From the NCBI GenBank assembly GCA_044376225.1, contig JBILLF010000002.1, forward strand, positions 24,192 through 88,191: DNA of 64,000 nucleotides. Reading direction: 5' to 3'. Source of the DNA: Patescibacteria group bacterium. GTDB lineage: Bacteria > Bacteroidota > Ignavibacteria > Kapaibacteriales > Kapaibacteriaceae. The notes under the pieces are model-generated. The model was not told where the DNA came from and made no database searches. It was given only the letters and a program-made list of their open reading frames with translations. This document shows, piece by piece, positions 33,525-43,009 of this stretch. The position numbers were made by a program, and so were the translations under genes. Each line of letters opens with the position of its first letter. Position 1 is the first letter of the stretch.

Positions 33525-34403
33525 ATGACCTTTGACCTGCCCGTCATCCAGACCCCCGAACATACCTCAGCGCGACGCCCTGAGTGGCTGAAGGTACGCG
33601 CTCCTGGCGGAGATGATTACGCCCGCATCAAATCGATGATGCGCTCCAAAGCACTTCATACGGTATGTGAGGAAGCCCGCTGTCCGAATATCTCGGAGTG
33701 CTGGAACGCCGGCACGGCCACATTCATGATCCATGGAGATACATGTACTCGGTCATGCGGTTTCTGTGCCGTAAAGACCGGACGCCCCCTACCTGTCGAT
33801 CACGATGAGCCAAGACGGGTTGCGGAGGCTGTGGCTGCAATGAACCTCAAGCATGCCGTTATTACGTCCGTCAACCGCGACGAGCTCAAAGACGGTGGCT
33901 CGGTCATCTGGGCTGAAACGATCCTTGCCGTGCGTCAGGCCTCCCCTGAGACAACCATCGAGGTGCTGATCCCAGACTTCAAAGGTAATCTCGAAAACCT
34001 GCAGCGTATTGTTGACGCCCGGCCGGATGTGTTGAATCATAACACCGAAACCGTTCCGCGCCTCTACAAGCATGTGCGTCCTCAGGGTCGGTTTCAATGG
34101 ACCCTCGAGGTTCTCCGCAGAGCGAAAGATCTCGGGATGCGCACCAAGACTGGGATCATGCTGGGCCTTGGCGAAACGCCGTCGGAGATCCTCGATACGA
34201 TGGTCGAACTTGCCAACGTCGATGTCGATGTGCTGACGCTCGGACAGTACCTACAGCCGACCAAGAATCACCTCCCGGTGGACCGATTCGTACACCCTGA
34301 TGAATTCAAACACTACGAAGTCGAGGGTTTACGTATGGGCTTTGACGTCGTAGAGTCGGGACCGCTGGTCCGCAGCTCCTACCACGCCGAGCGCCACGTC
34401 TGA
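33525..34403 (+). CDS. lipA: lipoyl synthase
   Basis: CEEARCPNISEC (auxiliary cluster) and radical-SAM CTRSCGFC motifs. Confidence 0.9.
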   Translation: MTFDLPVIQTPEHTSARRPEWLKVRAPGGDDYARIKSMMRSKALHTVCEEARCPNISECWNAGTATFMIHGDTCTRSCGFCAVKTGRPLPVDHDEPRRVAEAVAAMNLKHAVITSVNRDELKDGGSVIWAETILAVRQASPETTIEVLIPDFKGNLENLQRIVDARPDVLNHNTETVPRLYKHVRPQGRFQWTLEVLRRAKDLGMRTKTGIMLGLGETPSEILDTMVELANVDVDVLTLGQYLQPTKNHLPVDRFVHPDEFKHYEVEGLRMGFDVVESGPLVRSSYHAERHV

Positions 34404-35170
34404 TGCGATATACGGTCCTCGGCAGCGGCACTTCAACGGGTGTGCCCACGGTGGCCTGTGAATGTGCGACCTGTACAAGCTCTGATCCCCGTGACAAACG
34501 GCTGAGAACATCGTTGATGGTGGAAAGCGAGTCGACGCGAGTCATCATCGATACGTCATCAGACTTCCGAGCGCAGATGCTTGCCCACAGCGTGCTTGAG
34601 ATTGACGGTGTTGTTTACACCCATCATCACTTCGACCATATCGGTGGATTCGACGATCTCCGTCCCTACGCCTTCCGGCGCGGCGTATCGGTACCAGTCT
34701 ATGCGATGGCGGAGACAATTGGAGTGCTACGTTCGACGTTTCCCTACGCCTTTGGACTCGTTGAATCGACTGGAGCATCGATCCCGAATGTCGAGCTCCA
34801 TACGATTACAGAAGATCCATTCTCGGTCGGCGATATCGACATCCTGCCAATTCCACTTCGCCACGGACAGCGCATGCGAGTCAATGGCTATCGAATCGGC
34901 GCTGTTGCCTACTGTACCGACACGAACCACATCCCTGCAACCTCAATGCAGCTTCTGGAGGACCTTGACGTGCTCATCCTCGATGGTCTGCGATGGGAAC
35001 CACATCCAACGCATTTCATGATCGAGGAGTCGTTGGAGATTATCGACCGCCTTCGTCCAAAGCGCACCTACCTGACGCATATCGCCCACCAGATACTTCA
35101 CGCCATCGATTCCGAGAAACTACCCCCGTCTGTGCAGTTCTGCTACGACGGTCTCGTTATCACGTCGTAG
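34403..35170 (+). CDS. MBL-fold metallo-hydrolase (PhnP/GPMC-like)
   Basis: HHHFDHIGG metallo-beta-lactamase motif. The start overlaps the lipA stop (TGATG). Confidence 0.65.
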   Translation: MRYTVLGSGTSTGVPTVACECATCTSSDPRDKRLRTSLMVESESTRVIIDTSSDFRAQMLAHSVLEIDGVVYTHHHFDHIGGFDDLRPYAFRRGVSVPVYAMAETIGVLRSTFPYAFGLVESTGASIPNVELHTITEDPFSVGDIDILPIPLRHGQRMRVNGYRIGAVAYCTDTNHIPATSMQLLEDLDVLILDGLRWEPHPTHFMIEESLEIIDRLRPKRTYLTHIAHQILHAIDSEKLPPSVQFCYDGLVITS

Positions 35171-36182
35171 GATCAGCGTCGTTCGTTTCGTGATTCTCTT
35201 CGAGATTCACGTCGTTACGCTCTGGCTCGCCAACTTCATCAATAGGCGCTACAGCGGCCTCGTCAACCGGATCTGCGTCCGCCTCCTCGACAACGTCCTC
35301 GGACTCATCGGACGACGTTTCCCAGTAGGCACCGGAGGTGGCCTCCGTTGTGTCCTGCGACGATGCCGGCGATGTAGCGCCGGCCGTGGGGAGTTCACCC
35401 TCAAGCAGCAGCGCTAGCTGCTTGCGCAGCGTACGATGATCAGTCTGGATGGAGAACGATTCATCGGTGTCAATCATGGTCGTGGTAGTCTTGAGAAGGT
35501 CGTCAATCTCGCGCAGCTTCGGAAGATCTGAAAGCGAATTCAAGCCGAACACACGGAGGAACTCCTCGCTCGTGCCATACAGCAGAGGCTTACCAGGTGA
35601 CTCCGAACGCCCCACCATACCGGCTAGCCCCTTCTCTACCAGAGAATTGACAACTTCACTTGAATTGACACCACGAATGGCATCGATCTCGCCCTTGGTG
35701 ATGGGTTGACGGTACGCGATGATCGCGACCGTCTCGAGCGCAGCCTGTGTCAAACGTTTCCGGTTCTTGGCCTTGAGCAAACGCTGCACCAGCATGCCAT
35801 GCTGCGGCGTGGTAGCAAACTGAAAGCCACCGGCGATCTTCACGATGCGGTATGGACGTGCTGCAGTTTCGAGATTGGTGTTGATCTCTTCGACGAGTTC
35901 GTCAAAGTAGCCCTTGGGCACATCGAACGACGGAACAACGAGCTCAGCCACAGGCGTCATCGTCTCCCCTTCAAGCGGCAACGCCTGTTGTCCAGGCGAC
36001 TGATGCGAAGGGTCCTCAAGCACAAGAATCCGATGAAGCATTCGCCAGGTAAGGGGCTCTTCACTTGCAAAAATGAGGGCTTCTAGTGCGCTGCACTGAT
36101 CGTTACGGTCGAGCGTAAAAAAGTACGGCAGCTCGCGCGTCTGCATGTCCCGCTGCAGTGCCTGCTGTTCTAGTTCGGTCAT
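35160..36182 (-). CDS. scpB: segregation and condensation protein B with an acidic C-terminal tail
   Basis: Winged-helix ScpB region (ALEALIFASEEPL...TVAIIAYRQPITKGEIDAIRGVNSSEVVNSLVEKGL). It lies immediately downstream of scpA. Confidence 0.7.
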   Translation of the reverse strand: MTELEQQALQRDMQTRELPYFFTLDRNDQCSALEALIFASEEPLTWRMLHRILVLEDPSHQSPGQQALPLEGETMTPVAELVVPSFDVPKGYFDELVEEINTNLETAARPYRIVKIAGGFQFATTPQHGMLVQRLLKAKNRKRLTQAALETVAIIAYRQPITKGEIDAIRGVNSSEVVNSLVEKGLAGMVGRSESPGKPLLYGTSEEFLRVFGLNSLSDLPKLREIDDLLKTTTTMIDTDESFSIQTDHRTLRKQLALLLEGELPTAGATSPASSQDTTEATSGAYWETSSDESEDVVEEADADPVDEAAVAPIDEVGEPERNDVNLEENHETNDADPTT

Positions 36183-36988
36183 TCGAGTTTTCCTTCGTGT
36201 TGATCTTCCGTCGGTTCGGTCTGCGTGTCGGCAGCCTCACCGGTGGAACGTTCGGCAATAATGATATCATCGTGGCGCACGTCCTGCCGGATCATGATTC
36301 GCTGATTCTTGGCCAACTCCAGAAGCGCCAGAAACGTCACCACGATATGCAATCGTGAAAGTCCAACAACAAGGGCGAACAACGAGGCCGATGATGACGA
36401 CTTCAGCACATGCATGATCTCCTCAGACTTTTCTTCGACTGAGATTGGAAACTGTGCAACGATATGCGGATCTGCCTGCTCAGGAGCCTTGTCGATGGCA
36501 CGCTTGAGCGCTTTGAGAAGATCGAACAGCGTCGCATTGCGATACGCCCCGGTCTCGGCAGCGTGGATCTCTTCGGCCTCGAAAAGTTGACGGTAGAGAA
36601 CGTACTTCTGATTTTCAGCCGAAAGCATCAACGAGTCAGATGCCTCCCGGAACCGCTTGTACTCAAGCAGTCGCTTGACCAATTCAGCCCGCGGATCAGA
36701 TTCATCGATCTCACCAAGTGCCGTGGCGGCTGACTCCTGACGCGGCAAAAGCATCTGGGCCTTGATCTGCACCAGCATAGAGGCCATGACCACGAACTCA
36801 CCGGCAAGCTCCAGATCCAGGAACTCTAGTACTTTAACGTATTCGAGGAACTCCTGTGTGATCGATGCGATCGGGATGTCATAAATATCCAGCTCGTCCC
36901 TCTTAATGAAGAAGAGCAGGAGGTCGAGAGGACCTTCGAAATTCTGTAGACGAACGCTGTACATCCGGTTACTGATTCTCCCATTCAT
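36179..36988 (-). CDS. scpA: segregation and condensation protein A
   Basis: FEGPLDLLLFFIKRDELDIYDIPIASITQEFLEY is the ScpA signature. Start is approximate (alternative at 37021). It overlaps the alr 3' end. Confidence 0.7.
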   Translation of the reverse strand: MNGRISNRMYSVRLQNFEGPLDLLLFFIKRDELDIYDIPIASITQEFLEYVKVLEFLDLELAGEFVVMASMLVQIKAQMLLPRQESAATALGEIDESDPRAELVKRLLEYKRFREASDSLMLSAENQKYVLYRQLFEAEEIHAAETGAYRNATLFDLLKALKRAIDKAPEQADPHIVAQFPISVEEKSEEIMHVLKSSSSASLFALVVGLSRLHIVVTFLALLELAKNQRIMIRQDVRHDDIIIAERSTGEAADTQTEPTEDQHEGKLE

Positions 36989-38153
36989 GGCCCTGCGCAA
37001 TTCGGGCCAATCGTCCAACATACTCTCGCGGCACCCGGCCGGAGAAGGCCGTCGTGATCTCGTACGGTATCGTTCCAGCCCACGCGGCGAGCTCGACGGC
37101 ATCGATGCTTTCGACGTGTCGCCCTGGATGGGATTGGCGCCCCAACAAGATGACCTCGTCGCCGATTTCAACATCGGCATCACCAACATCAACCATCAAC
37201 TCATCCATGCAGATACTACCGACTACTCGGCAGCGCCGTCCACCGATGAGACACTCCGCGTGACCGGAAAGACTCCGCAAGTACCCGTCGCCATAACCGA
37301 TCGGCACCGTGACGATCGTCGTTTCCTCCGTGACCATGTACCGACGTCCGTAACTGACGGTCTCACCGGGCCAGGCCCGACGTTTTGAAACAACACGGGA
37401 ACGGACCGACATGACCGGACGGAGCGTCATTTCATCGCTGGTAGCATGCGCATAGCCGTAGATGGCTATGCCCGGACGAACAAGCGTGAAATGGGTTTCC
37501 GACGACTGCCACAACGCACCGGTATTGGCCGCGTGCACCCACACAAAGCTACACCCGTCATCGACGAGTTTTCGGTGCGTTTGCTCGAAGGTGGATAACT
37601 GCTCGTGCAGAAATGCACTTCCCGGCTCATCCGACGTGGCAAAGTGTGTGCAAAGCCCATCGAGCGTTACCCCCGGTAGTGAACGGATCACACGCGCGGC
37701 CTCGACGGCATCCCGTGGGCGAAAACCTTCGCGCAGCATTCCAGTGTCGATGTACAGGTGCACCGAGACCAGCCGGGAATACATCTGCGCTGCTTCCGAA
37801 AGGGCACGCAACTGCTCGAGGTCGCACCCCACCGTGATCAGATCATGCATCACAACAACACCAACCTCGTGGGTTTCAACTGGCGTGAGTACGAGGATTG
37901 GACATGTGATCCCGCTCCGACGAAGTGCCACGGCCTCATCGACAAAAGCAACGCCAAGGACATCAATCCCCAATTCGACGAGAGCTCGGGCGATCGGCCT
38001 CATGCCGTGACCATAGGAGTTTGCCTTGACCATGCCAAGGACAGCCTTGCCATCAGCACGCGATCGCACACGTGAGAGGTTCCATTCCAGCGCATCAAGG
38101 TCGATGACGGCATGCGTAGATCTCATGCGGCACCCCCTGAGGCATCTGCCCAT
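36969..38153 (-). CDS. alr: alanine racemase
   Basis: VKANSYGHG (PLP lysine motif). The C-terminal domain carries the conserved ...VSYG... segment. An alternative start at about 38126 would abut the ansA stop. Confidence 0.8.
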   Translation of the reverse strand: MGRCLRGCRMRSTHAVIDLDALEWNLSRVRSRADGKAVLGMVKANSYGHGMRPIARALVELGIDVLGVAFVDEAVALRRSGITCPILVLTPVETHEVGVVVMHDLITVGCDLEQLRALSEAAQMYSRLVSVHLYIDTGMLREGFRPRDAVEAARVIRSLPGVTLDGLCTHFATSDEPGSAFLHEQLSTFEQTHRKLVDDGCSFVWVHAANTGALWQSSETHFTLVRPGIAIYGYAHATSDEMTLRPVMSVRSRVVSKRRAWPGETVSYGRRYMVTEETTIVTVPIGYGDGYLRSLSGHAECLIGGRRCRVVGSICMDELMVDVGDADVEIGDEVILLGRQSHPGRHVESIDAVELAAWAGTIPYEITTAFSGRVPREYVGRLARIAQGHEWENQ

Positions 38154-39145
38154 TCGAAGGACCGCTTGATCTCTTCACGTGTAAGACCAGCGCCAAGTGC
38201 ACAGAGGAGCTTGATACGGGCCTTCTGACCATTGAGGTAGTCGGCAAAGATCACACCGGCCTCATGCAAATGCCGTCCAGCCCCCTCGTAAGCATATATG
38301 TGCTCGACGCGCCCCACAGGACAGCGCGAGACCAACACAACTGGTATTCCATCACCTACCGCCTCCTTGAGCGCATAGTACACGGGTGGCGTGACGTTAC
38401 CCACGCCAAAGGCCTCAATGACCATACCGGCCACGTCGCGGCTGCGGACAAGTTCGATCAGCAGTGAATCCATTCCCGCGTACGACTTCAGCAGTGGCAC
38501 AAATGCAGGAAGGTCCTTTACGGAATATGTTTCTCGATGAAAGGGGGCTCGGTGGATGAACACGACGCCGTTGGAGATGCGTCCGACCGGACCGAAGTCG
38601 AAACTGGCAAACGTCGAGAGCTCCTGGGTGTCGGTCTTGGACGTCTCTGACGCGGCCGTGATGACCCCACCGAGACATACCAGAACGCCCAGACCTCTGG
38701 CAGCAGCGCTGGCGGCTACGGTAACGGCATCTCGCAGATTCCGTGGACCATCCCAGTCTGGCTCGCTACTGTTGCGCATGGCACCAATCACGATGATGGG
38801 CTTCTCGGTCCGAACCGAGCAATCCAGAAAGTAGGCGGTCTCCTCAAGTGTGTCAGTTCCATGCGTCAGAACGACCCCGTCAACAGACTCGTCAGCCACA
38901 TAGCTGGCAACGATCCGCGAAAGTTCGAGCATTCGGTCAGTAGTGATATGGGGTCCAGGGAACGTCCCGTACTCATGGACCATGATATCGGCTACCGAGC
39001 GTATACCTGGTATGCGCGAAAGGATCTCGCCCCCCGACATGCTTGGCACCACCCCACCCCATTCCGCATCGAGCGTGGAGGCGATGGTACCACCGGTGAA
39101 GATGATGACGATTCGTGATTTTGCTGTTTCTGGCACGGAGTTCAT
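38123..39145 (-). CDS. ansA: L-asparaginase
   Basis: IVIIFTGGTIAS (Thr nucleophile motif) and GTDT motif (LTHGTDTLEETAYFL). Confidence 0.75.
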   Translation of the reverse strand: MNSVPETAKSRIVIIFTGGTIASTLDAEWGGVVPSMSGGEILSRIPGIRSVADIMVHEYGTFPGPHITTDRMLELSRIVASYVADESVDGVVLTHGTDTLEETAYFLDCSVRTEKPIIVIGAMRNSSEPDWDGPRNLRDAVTVAASAAARGLGVLVCLGGVITAASETSKTDTQELSTFASFDFGPVGRISNGVVFIHRAPFHRETYSVKDLPAFVPLLKSYAGMDSLLIELVRSRDVAGMVIEAFGVGNVTPPVYYALKEAVGDGIPVVLVSRCPVGRVEHIYAYEGAGRHLHEAGVIFADYLNGQKARIKLLCALGAGLTREEIKRSFEWADASGGAA

Positions 39146-39196
39146 TCGGCTATTGCGACCGCGAAGATAGGGGCATGGTTCGTAGTTTTGTAGCCC

Positions 39197-40339
39197 ATGA
39201 TCACGGCCAATCCCCATCTGCAGAACATTTCAGCGTACACACCCGGTGCGACGCCGGAGCAGATAAAAGCACAATTCGGGCTCGAGCACGTTGAAAAGCT
39301 TGCCTCGAACGAAAATCCGCTTGGGTGTTCGTCCGTCGCACGCGATGCTGCTATCAGAGCTCTCGACCAGGTTCAACTCTACAACGATGGTGGACACGCT
39401 CTGCGGCTCCGACTGGCGGCCTTTCATGGGGTTGATGCTGATTCTATCAGCGTTCATAACGGTAGCGATGCGATCATCCACCAGATCATGAGGACCTTTC
39501 TTCTGCCGGGCCAGACCGCATTGAGTAGTGCCGGAACATTTGTGAGCTTTCCCATTGCGGTGGCTGCTGCTGGCAGAGAGTGCCGCACCGTTCCCCTGTC
39601 GTCGGACTATCGCTACGATACAACGGCACTTGCCGATGCCATTGATGAGACAACAAAGGTGATCTACATCGCCAACCCAAACAACCCGACGGGCACACAC
39701 ATTGAATCGGTAGAACTCGAAGCACTCCTTGATCGGGTGCCCGATACAGTTCTCGTTGTGCTTGATGAGGCCTATATCGAATACGGCAGGCATTTGCATC
39801 CGGAGACCTACCCCACCGATGCACATGCGGTTCGTCCCAACGTCATTCGTCTTCGCACATTTTCGAAGGCCTATGGTCTGGCCTCCCTGCGAATCGGCTA
39901 TGCGATCGGTGATCCCGATGTCATCCAGTGGCTCAATCGGACAAAGCTCCCGTTTGACCCAAACGGCATCGGCTGCGCCGCCGCGATCGCTGCGCTTGAT
40001 GATCAAGACTTTGTGCGTCAAACCGTGGAGCTCAATTCCGAGTGCCTTGCCGTTATGGCATCGGCAGCTCGGCAGGCCGGTTTTCACGTCGCTCGTCCGA
40101 GCGCCAACTTCATCATGATCGATCTGGGGTCTGCCGATCGGGCAAAGGCCTTTCATCGATCACTTCTCGAAGGGGGCTTTATCAGTCGCCCCCTGACGGC
40201 ATTCGGACTACCCGGATGCGTCCGCATCAGCACTGGAACTCTTGAGCAGTCCCGGGCTCTGTCTGACCTACTTCTTCAGCTCGGCATGTTCGAAGAGTCC
40301 GTTGCCAAAACATCCACTCACCACCAACCTGTTGTCTGA
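39197..40339 (+). CDS. class I/II PLP aminotransferase (HisC family; probably aromatic/tyrosine or histidinol-phosphate aminotransferase)
   Basis: LASNENPLG...NPNNPTG...TFSKAYGLASLRIGY are HisC-family motifs. It lies directly upstream of hppD. Confidence 0.7.
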   Translation: MITANPHLQNISAYTPGATPEQIKAQFGLEHVEKLASNENPLGCSSVARDAAIRALDQVQLYNDGGHALRLRLAAFHGVDADSISVHNGSDAIIHQIMRTFLLPGQTALSSAGTFVSFPIAVAAAGRECRTVPLSSDYRYDTTALADAIDETTKVIYIANPNNPTGTHIESVELEALLDRVPDTVLVVLDEAYIEYGRHLHPETYPTDAHAVRPNVIRLRTFSKAYGLASLRIGYAIGDPDVIQWLNRTKLPFDPNGIGCAAAIAALDDQDFVRQTVELNSECLAVMASAARQAGFHVARPSANFIMIDLGSADRAKAFHRSLLEGGFISRPLTAFGLPGCVRISTGTLEQSRALSDLLLQLGMFEESVAKTSTHHQPVV

Positions 40340-40340
40340 A

Positions 40341-41441
40341 ATGAACGCAACGGAAGACTTTCTGCCGCTCAACGGCACCGATCACATCGAGATTTACTGC
40401 GGTAACGCGAAGCAGTCATCGTACTTCTACCGGACAGCGTTCGGGTTTCAGCTTGTGGCCTACTCCGGACCTGAAACGGGCGTGCGTGACCGTGCATCGT
40501 ATGTGCTGCAGCAGGACAAGTTCCGTTTGGTGCTTACCACGCCGATGCACCCGGATGGCCCCATCACCGAACACATTGCTAAGCATGGTGATGGTGTGAA
40601 GGTTTTAGCCCTGTGGGTCGATGACGCGAGGGCATCATGGCAGGCAACCACCGCGCGCGGAGCTGTCAGCGTTCAGGAGCCAACCGTTCTAACCGACGAG
40701 CATGGCGAGGTCGTCGTTGCGTCGATCAAAACCTACGGTGACACGATCCACACGTTCGTCGAGCGCAAGAACTACCTTGGCGCATTCATGCCCGGTTACA
40801 AGGCTATGGATGACGGCTACAAGACCGAACCTGTTGGACTTATGTACGTCGATCACTGCGTCGGCAATGTTGAGCTTGGACAAATGAACTCCTGGGTGAA
40901 GTTCTACGAAGATGTCCTCGGATTCAAACTACTCATCACGTTCGATGACAGCGACATCTCCACCGAGTACTCAGCTCTCATGTCGAAGGTCGTCTCCAAC
41001 GGCTCCGGCTACGTGAAGTTCCCGATCAACGAGCCTGCACAGGGTAAAAAGAAGAGTCAGATCGAAGAGTATCTCGATTTCTATCACGGATCTGGTGTTC
41101 AGCACATCGCCGTGGCAACCAACGATATCCTGCACACGGTTGGGGAACTGCGCCGCAGGGGCGTTCAGTTTCTCAACGTACCGAACACGTATTACGATGA
41201 TCTGATCGAGCGCGTCGGTACCATTGATGAGAACATCAATGACCTACGCGACCTCAACATCCTTGTTGACCGTGATGATGAGGGATACCTGCTACAGATC
41301 TTCACCAAGCCCGTCGAAGACCGTCCCACATTGTTCTTCGAAATCATTCAGCGCCGTGGCGCACGCTCCTTTGGAAAAGGTAATTTCAAGGCCCTGTTCG
41401 AATCTATCGAGCGCGAGCAGGCCCTAAGAGGTAACTTGTAA
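40341..41441 (+). CDS. hppD: 4-hydroxyphenylpyruvate dioxygenase
   Basis: Two VOC modules, the HIA (His) motif, and a C-terminus EIIQRRG...FGKGNFKALFESIEREQ typical of HPPD. The ATG sits 1 nt after the aminotransferase stop. Confidence 0.8.
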   Translation: MNATEDFLPLNGTDHIEIYCGNAKQSSYFYRTAFGFQLVAYSGPETGVRDRASYVLQQDKFRLVLTTPMHPDGPITEHIAKHGDGVKVLALWVDDARASWQATTARGAVSVQEPTVLTDEHGEVVVASIKTYGDTIHTFVERKNYLGAFMPGYKAMDDGYKTEPVGLMYVDHCVGNVELGQMNSWVKFYEDVLGFKLLITFDDSDISTEYSALMSKVVSNGSGYVKFPINEPAQGKKKSQIEEYLDFYHGSGVQHIAVATNDILHTVGELRRRGVQFLNVPNTYYDDLIERVGTIDENINDLRDLNILVDRDDEGYLLQIFTKPVEDRPTLFFEIIQRRGARSFGKGNFKALFESIEREQALRGNL

Positions 41442-41476
41442 TCCACCATCAGTTGTTCCACCACCAACGCCGTCGT

Positions 41477-42931
41477 ATGGCTTCATCAGCAAAAAAGGGA
41501 TCGGCTCTGGCCTCCCACTTCCCCGGGCATAACCCGTTCCTCGAATCGGTCAATGCCTATTTCGATAAGGCCGCAGCGATCATGGACGTCCCGAAGGGGC
41601 TCCTTGAGCAGATCCGCGTCTGCAACTCGGTCTATTACATGCAATTCCCTGTCCGCATCAAGGGCGGCATCCAGGTGATCCAGGCATGGCGTGCCGAGCA
41701 TAGCCATCACAAGCTGCCCACAAAGGGTGGTATCCGCTATGCCATGACGGTGGACCAGGACGAAGTGCAAGCCCTGGCAGCACTGATGACCTACAAGTGT
41801 GCCGTGGTCGACGTGCCATTCGGTGGTGGCAAGGGTGGCATTCGCATTGACCCGAAGCAGTACACCGAAGAAGAACTCGAGCGCATCACGCGCCGCTACA
41901 CCGCCGAACTCATCAAGAAGAACTTCATCGGCGCTTCGGTTGACGTTCCAGCTCCGGACTACGGCACTGGCCCTCGTGAGATGGCATGGATCGCCGACAC
42001 CTACCAGTCCATGGTCAAGGACGACATCAACGCCCTTGGCTGCGTTACCGGTAAGCCGGTTGGTCAGGGTGGCGTGCGTGGTCGTACGGCAGCCACCGGT
42101 CGAGGTCTGTTCTTCGCCGTGCGCGAGGCGGTCAACGATCCAAAGCTCATGAAGAAGATGAAGATGACCACGGGTCTTTCCGACAAGCGCGTCATTGTGC
42201 AAGGTTTCGGCAACGTGGGCTACTATGCTGCCAAGTTCCTTTATGAGGCCGGAGCAACAGTCGTGGGCGTGATCGAGTGGGACGGCGCTGTCGTCAACCC
42301 GAAGGGTATCGACATCAATGCCCTGCAGACGCACCGTTTAGCCAAGGGATCGATCACCGGTTTTGCCGGTGCCAAGACGATCAAGGATGGCAACAGCGTT
42401 CTTGAGTACGATTGCGACATTCTCGTTCCTGCCGCCCTGGAGTCACAGATCCATAAAGGCAATGCCTCCAAGATCAAAGCTAAGATCATTGCCGAGGGTG
42501 CCAACGGGCCAATCACCTCGGAAGCTGAACCGATCCTGCTGAAAAAGGGCATTCTGGTCATGCCAGACATGTTCGTAAATGCAGGTGGCGTTGTGGTTTC
42601 CTACTTTGAATGGCTGAAGAATCTTTCGCACGTGCGCTTTGGTCGCATGGATAAGCGCTTTGAAGAAGGGTCCAACCTGCGCATCGTTGATACAGTGGAG
42701 CGCCTGACCGGTAAGAGTCTCACACTAGCAGAGCGTCAGGTCATCGCTCGTGGAGCCGACGAAGAGGATCTTGTGAATTCTGGTCTCGAGGATACGATGA
42801 TCAGCTCATATCATACAATCGGCGAGATCTACTTCGGTAATCCGAAGGTCAAGGACATGCGCACAGCAGCCTTCGTGAGCTCGATCGACAAGATCGCAAC
42901 GTCATACTTGTCGCTGGGCATCTTCCCATAA
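41477..42931 (+). CDS. gdhA: NAD(P)-specific glutamate dehydrogenase
   Basis: KCAVVDVPFGGGKGG (catalytic Lys region) and GFGNVG Rossmann motif. An alternative start is at 41453. Confidence 0.85.
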   Translation: MASSAKKGSALASHFPGHNPFLESVNAYFDKAAAIMDVPKGLLEQIRVCNSVYYMQFPVRIKGGIQVIQAWRAEHSHHKLPTKGGIRYAMTVDQDEVQALAALMTYKCAVVDVPFGGGKGGIRIDPKQYTEEELERITRRYTAELIKKNFIGASVDVPAPDYGTGPREMAWIADTYQSMVKDDINALGCVTGKPVGQGGVRGRTAATGRGLFFAVREAVNDPKLMKKMKMTTGLSDKRVIVQGFGNVGYYAAKFLYEAGATVVGVIEWDGAVVNPKGIDINALQTHRLAKGSITGFAGAKTIKDGNSVLEYDCDILVPAALESQIHKGNASKIKAKIIAEGANGPITSEAEPILLKKGILVMPDMFVNAGGVVVSYFEWLKNLSHVRFGRMDKRFEEGSNLRIVDTVERLTGKSLTLAERQVIARGADEEDLVNSGLEDTMISSYHTIGEIYFGNPKVKDMRTAAFVSSIDKIATSYLSLGIFP

Positions 42932-42958
42932 GGCCAATACATTTGGTTGAAATGCAAA

Positions 42959-42993
42959 CGCCGCACCGGAGATAATCCGGTGCGGCGTTTTTC
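42959..42993. terminator. bidirectional rho-independent terminator between gdhA (+) and the Ig-repeat gene (-)
   Basis: A perfect 12-bp stem CGCCGCACCGGA / TCCGGTGCGGCG with a GATAA loop, followed by TTTTTC. An A-tract lies upstream. Confidence 0.75.
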
Positions 42994-43009
42994 TATTCTT
43001 CAGCGTTGA

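Noticed and set aside
39230-40156. 308-aa minus-strand ORF antisense to the aminotransferase gene
   Set aside because: No motifs. The aminotransferase frame carries clear class-I PLP signatures.
40242-40340. N-terminal extension of hppD overlapping the aminotransferase 3' end
   Set aside because: The upstream codons are the aminotransferase C-terminus in another frame. The HPPD-like sequence begins at MNATEDF.
41486-42334. 282-aa minus-strand ORF antisense to gdhA
   Set aside because: Shadow ORF; gdhA motifs on the plus strand are unambiguous.
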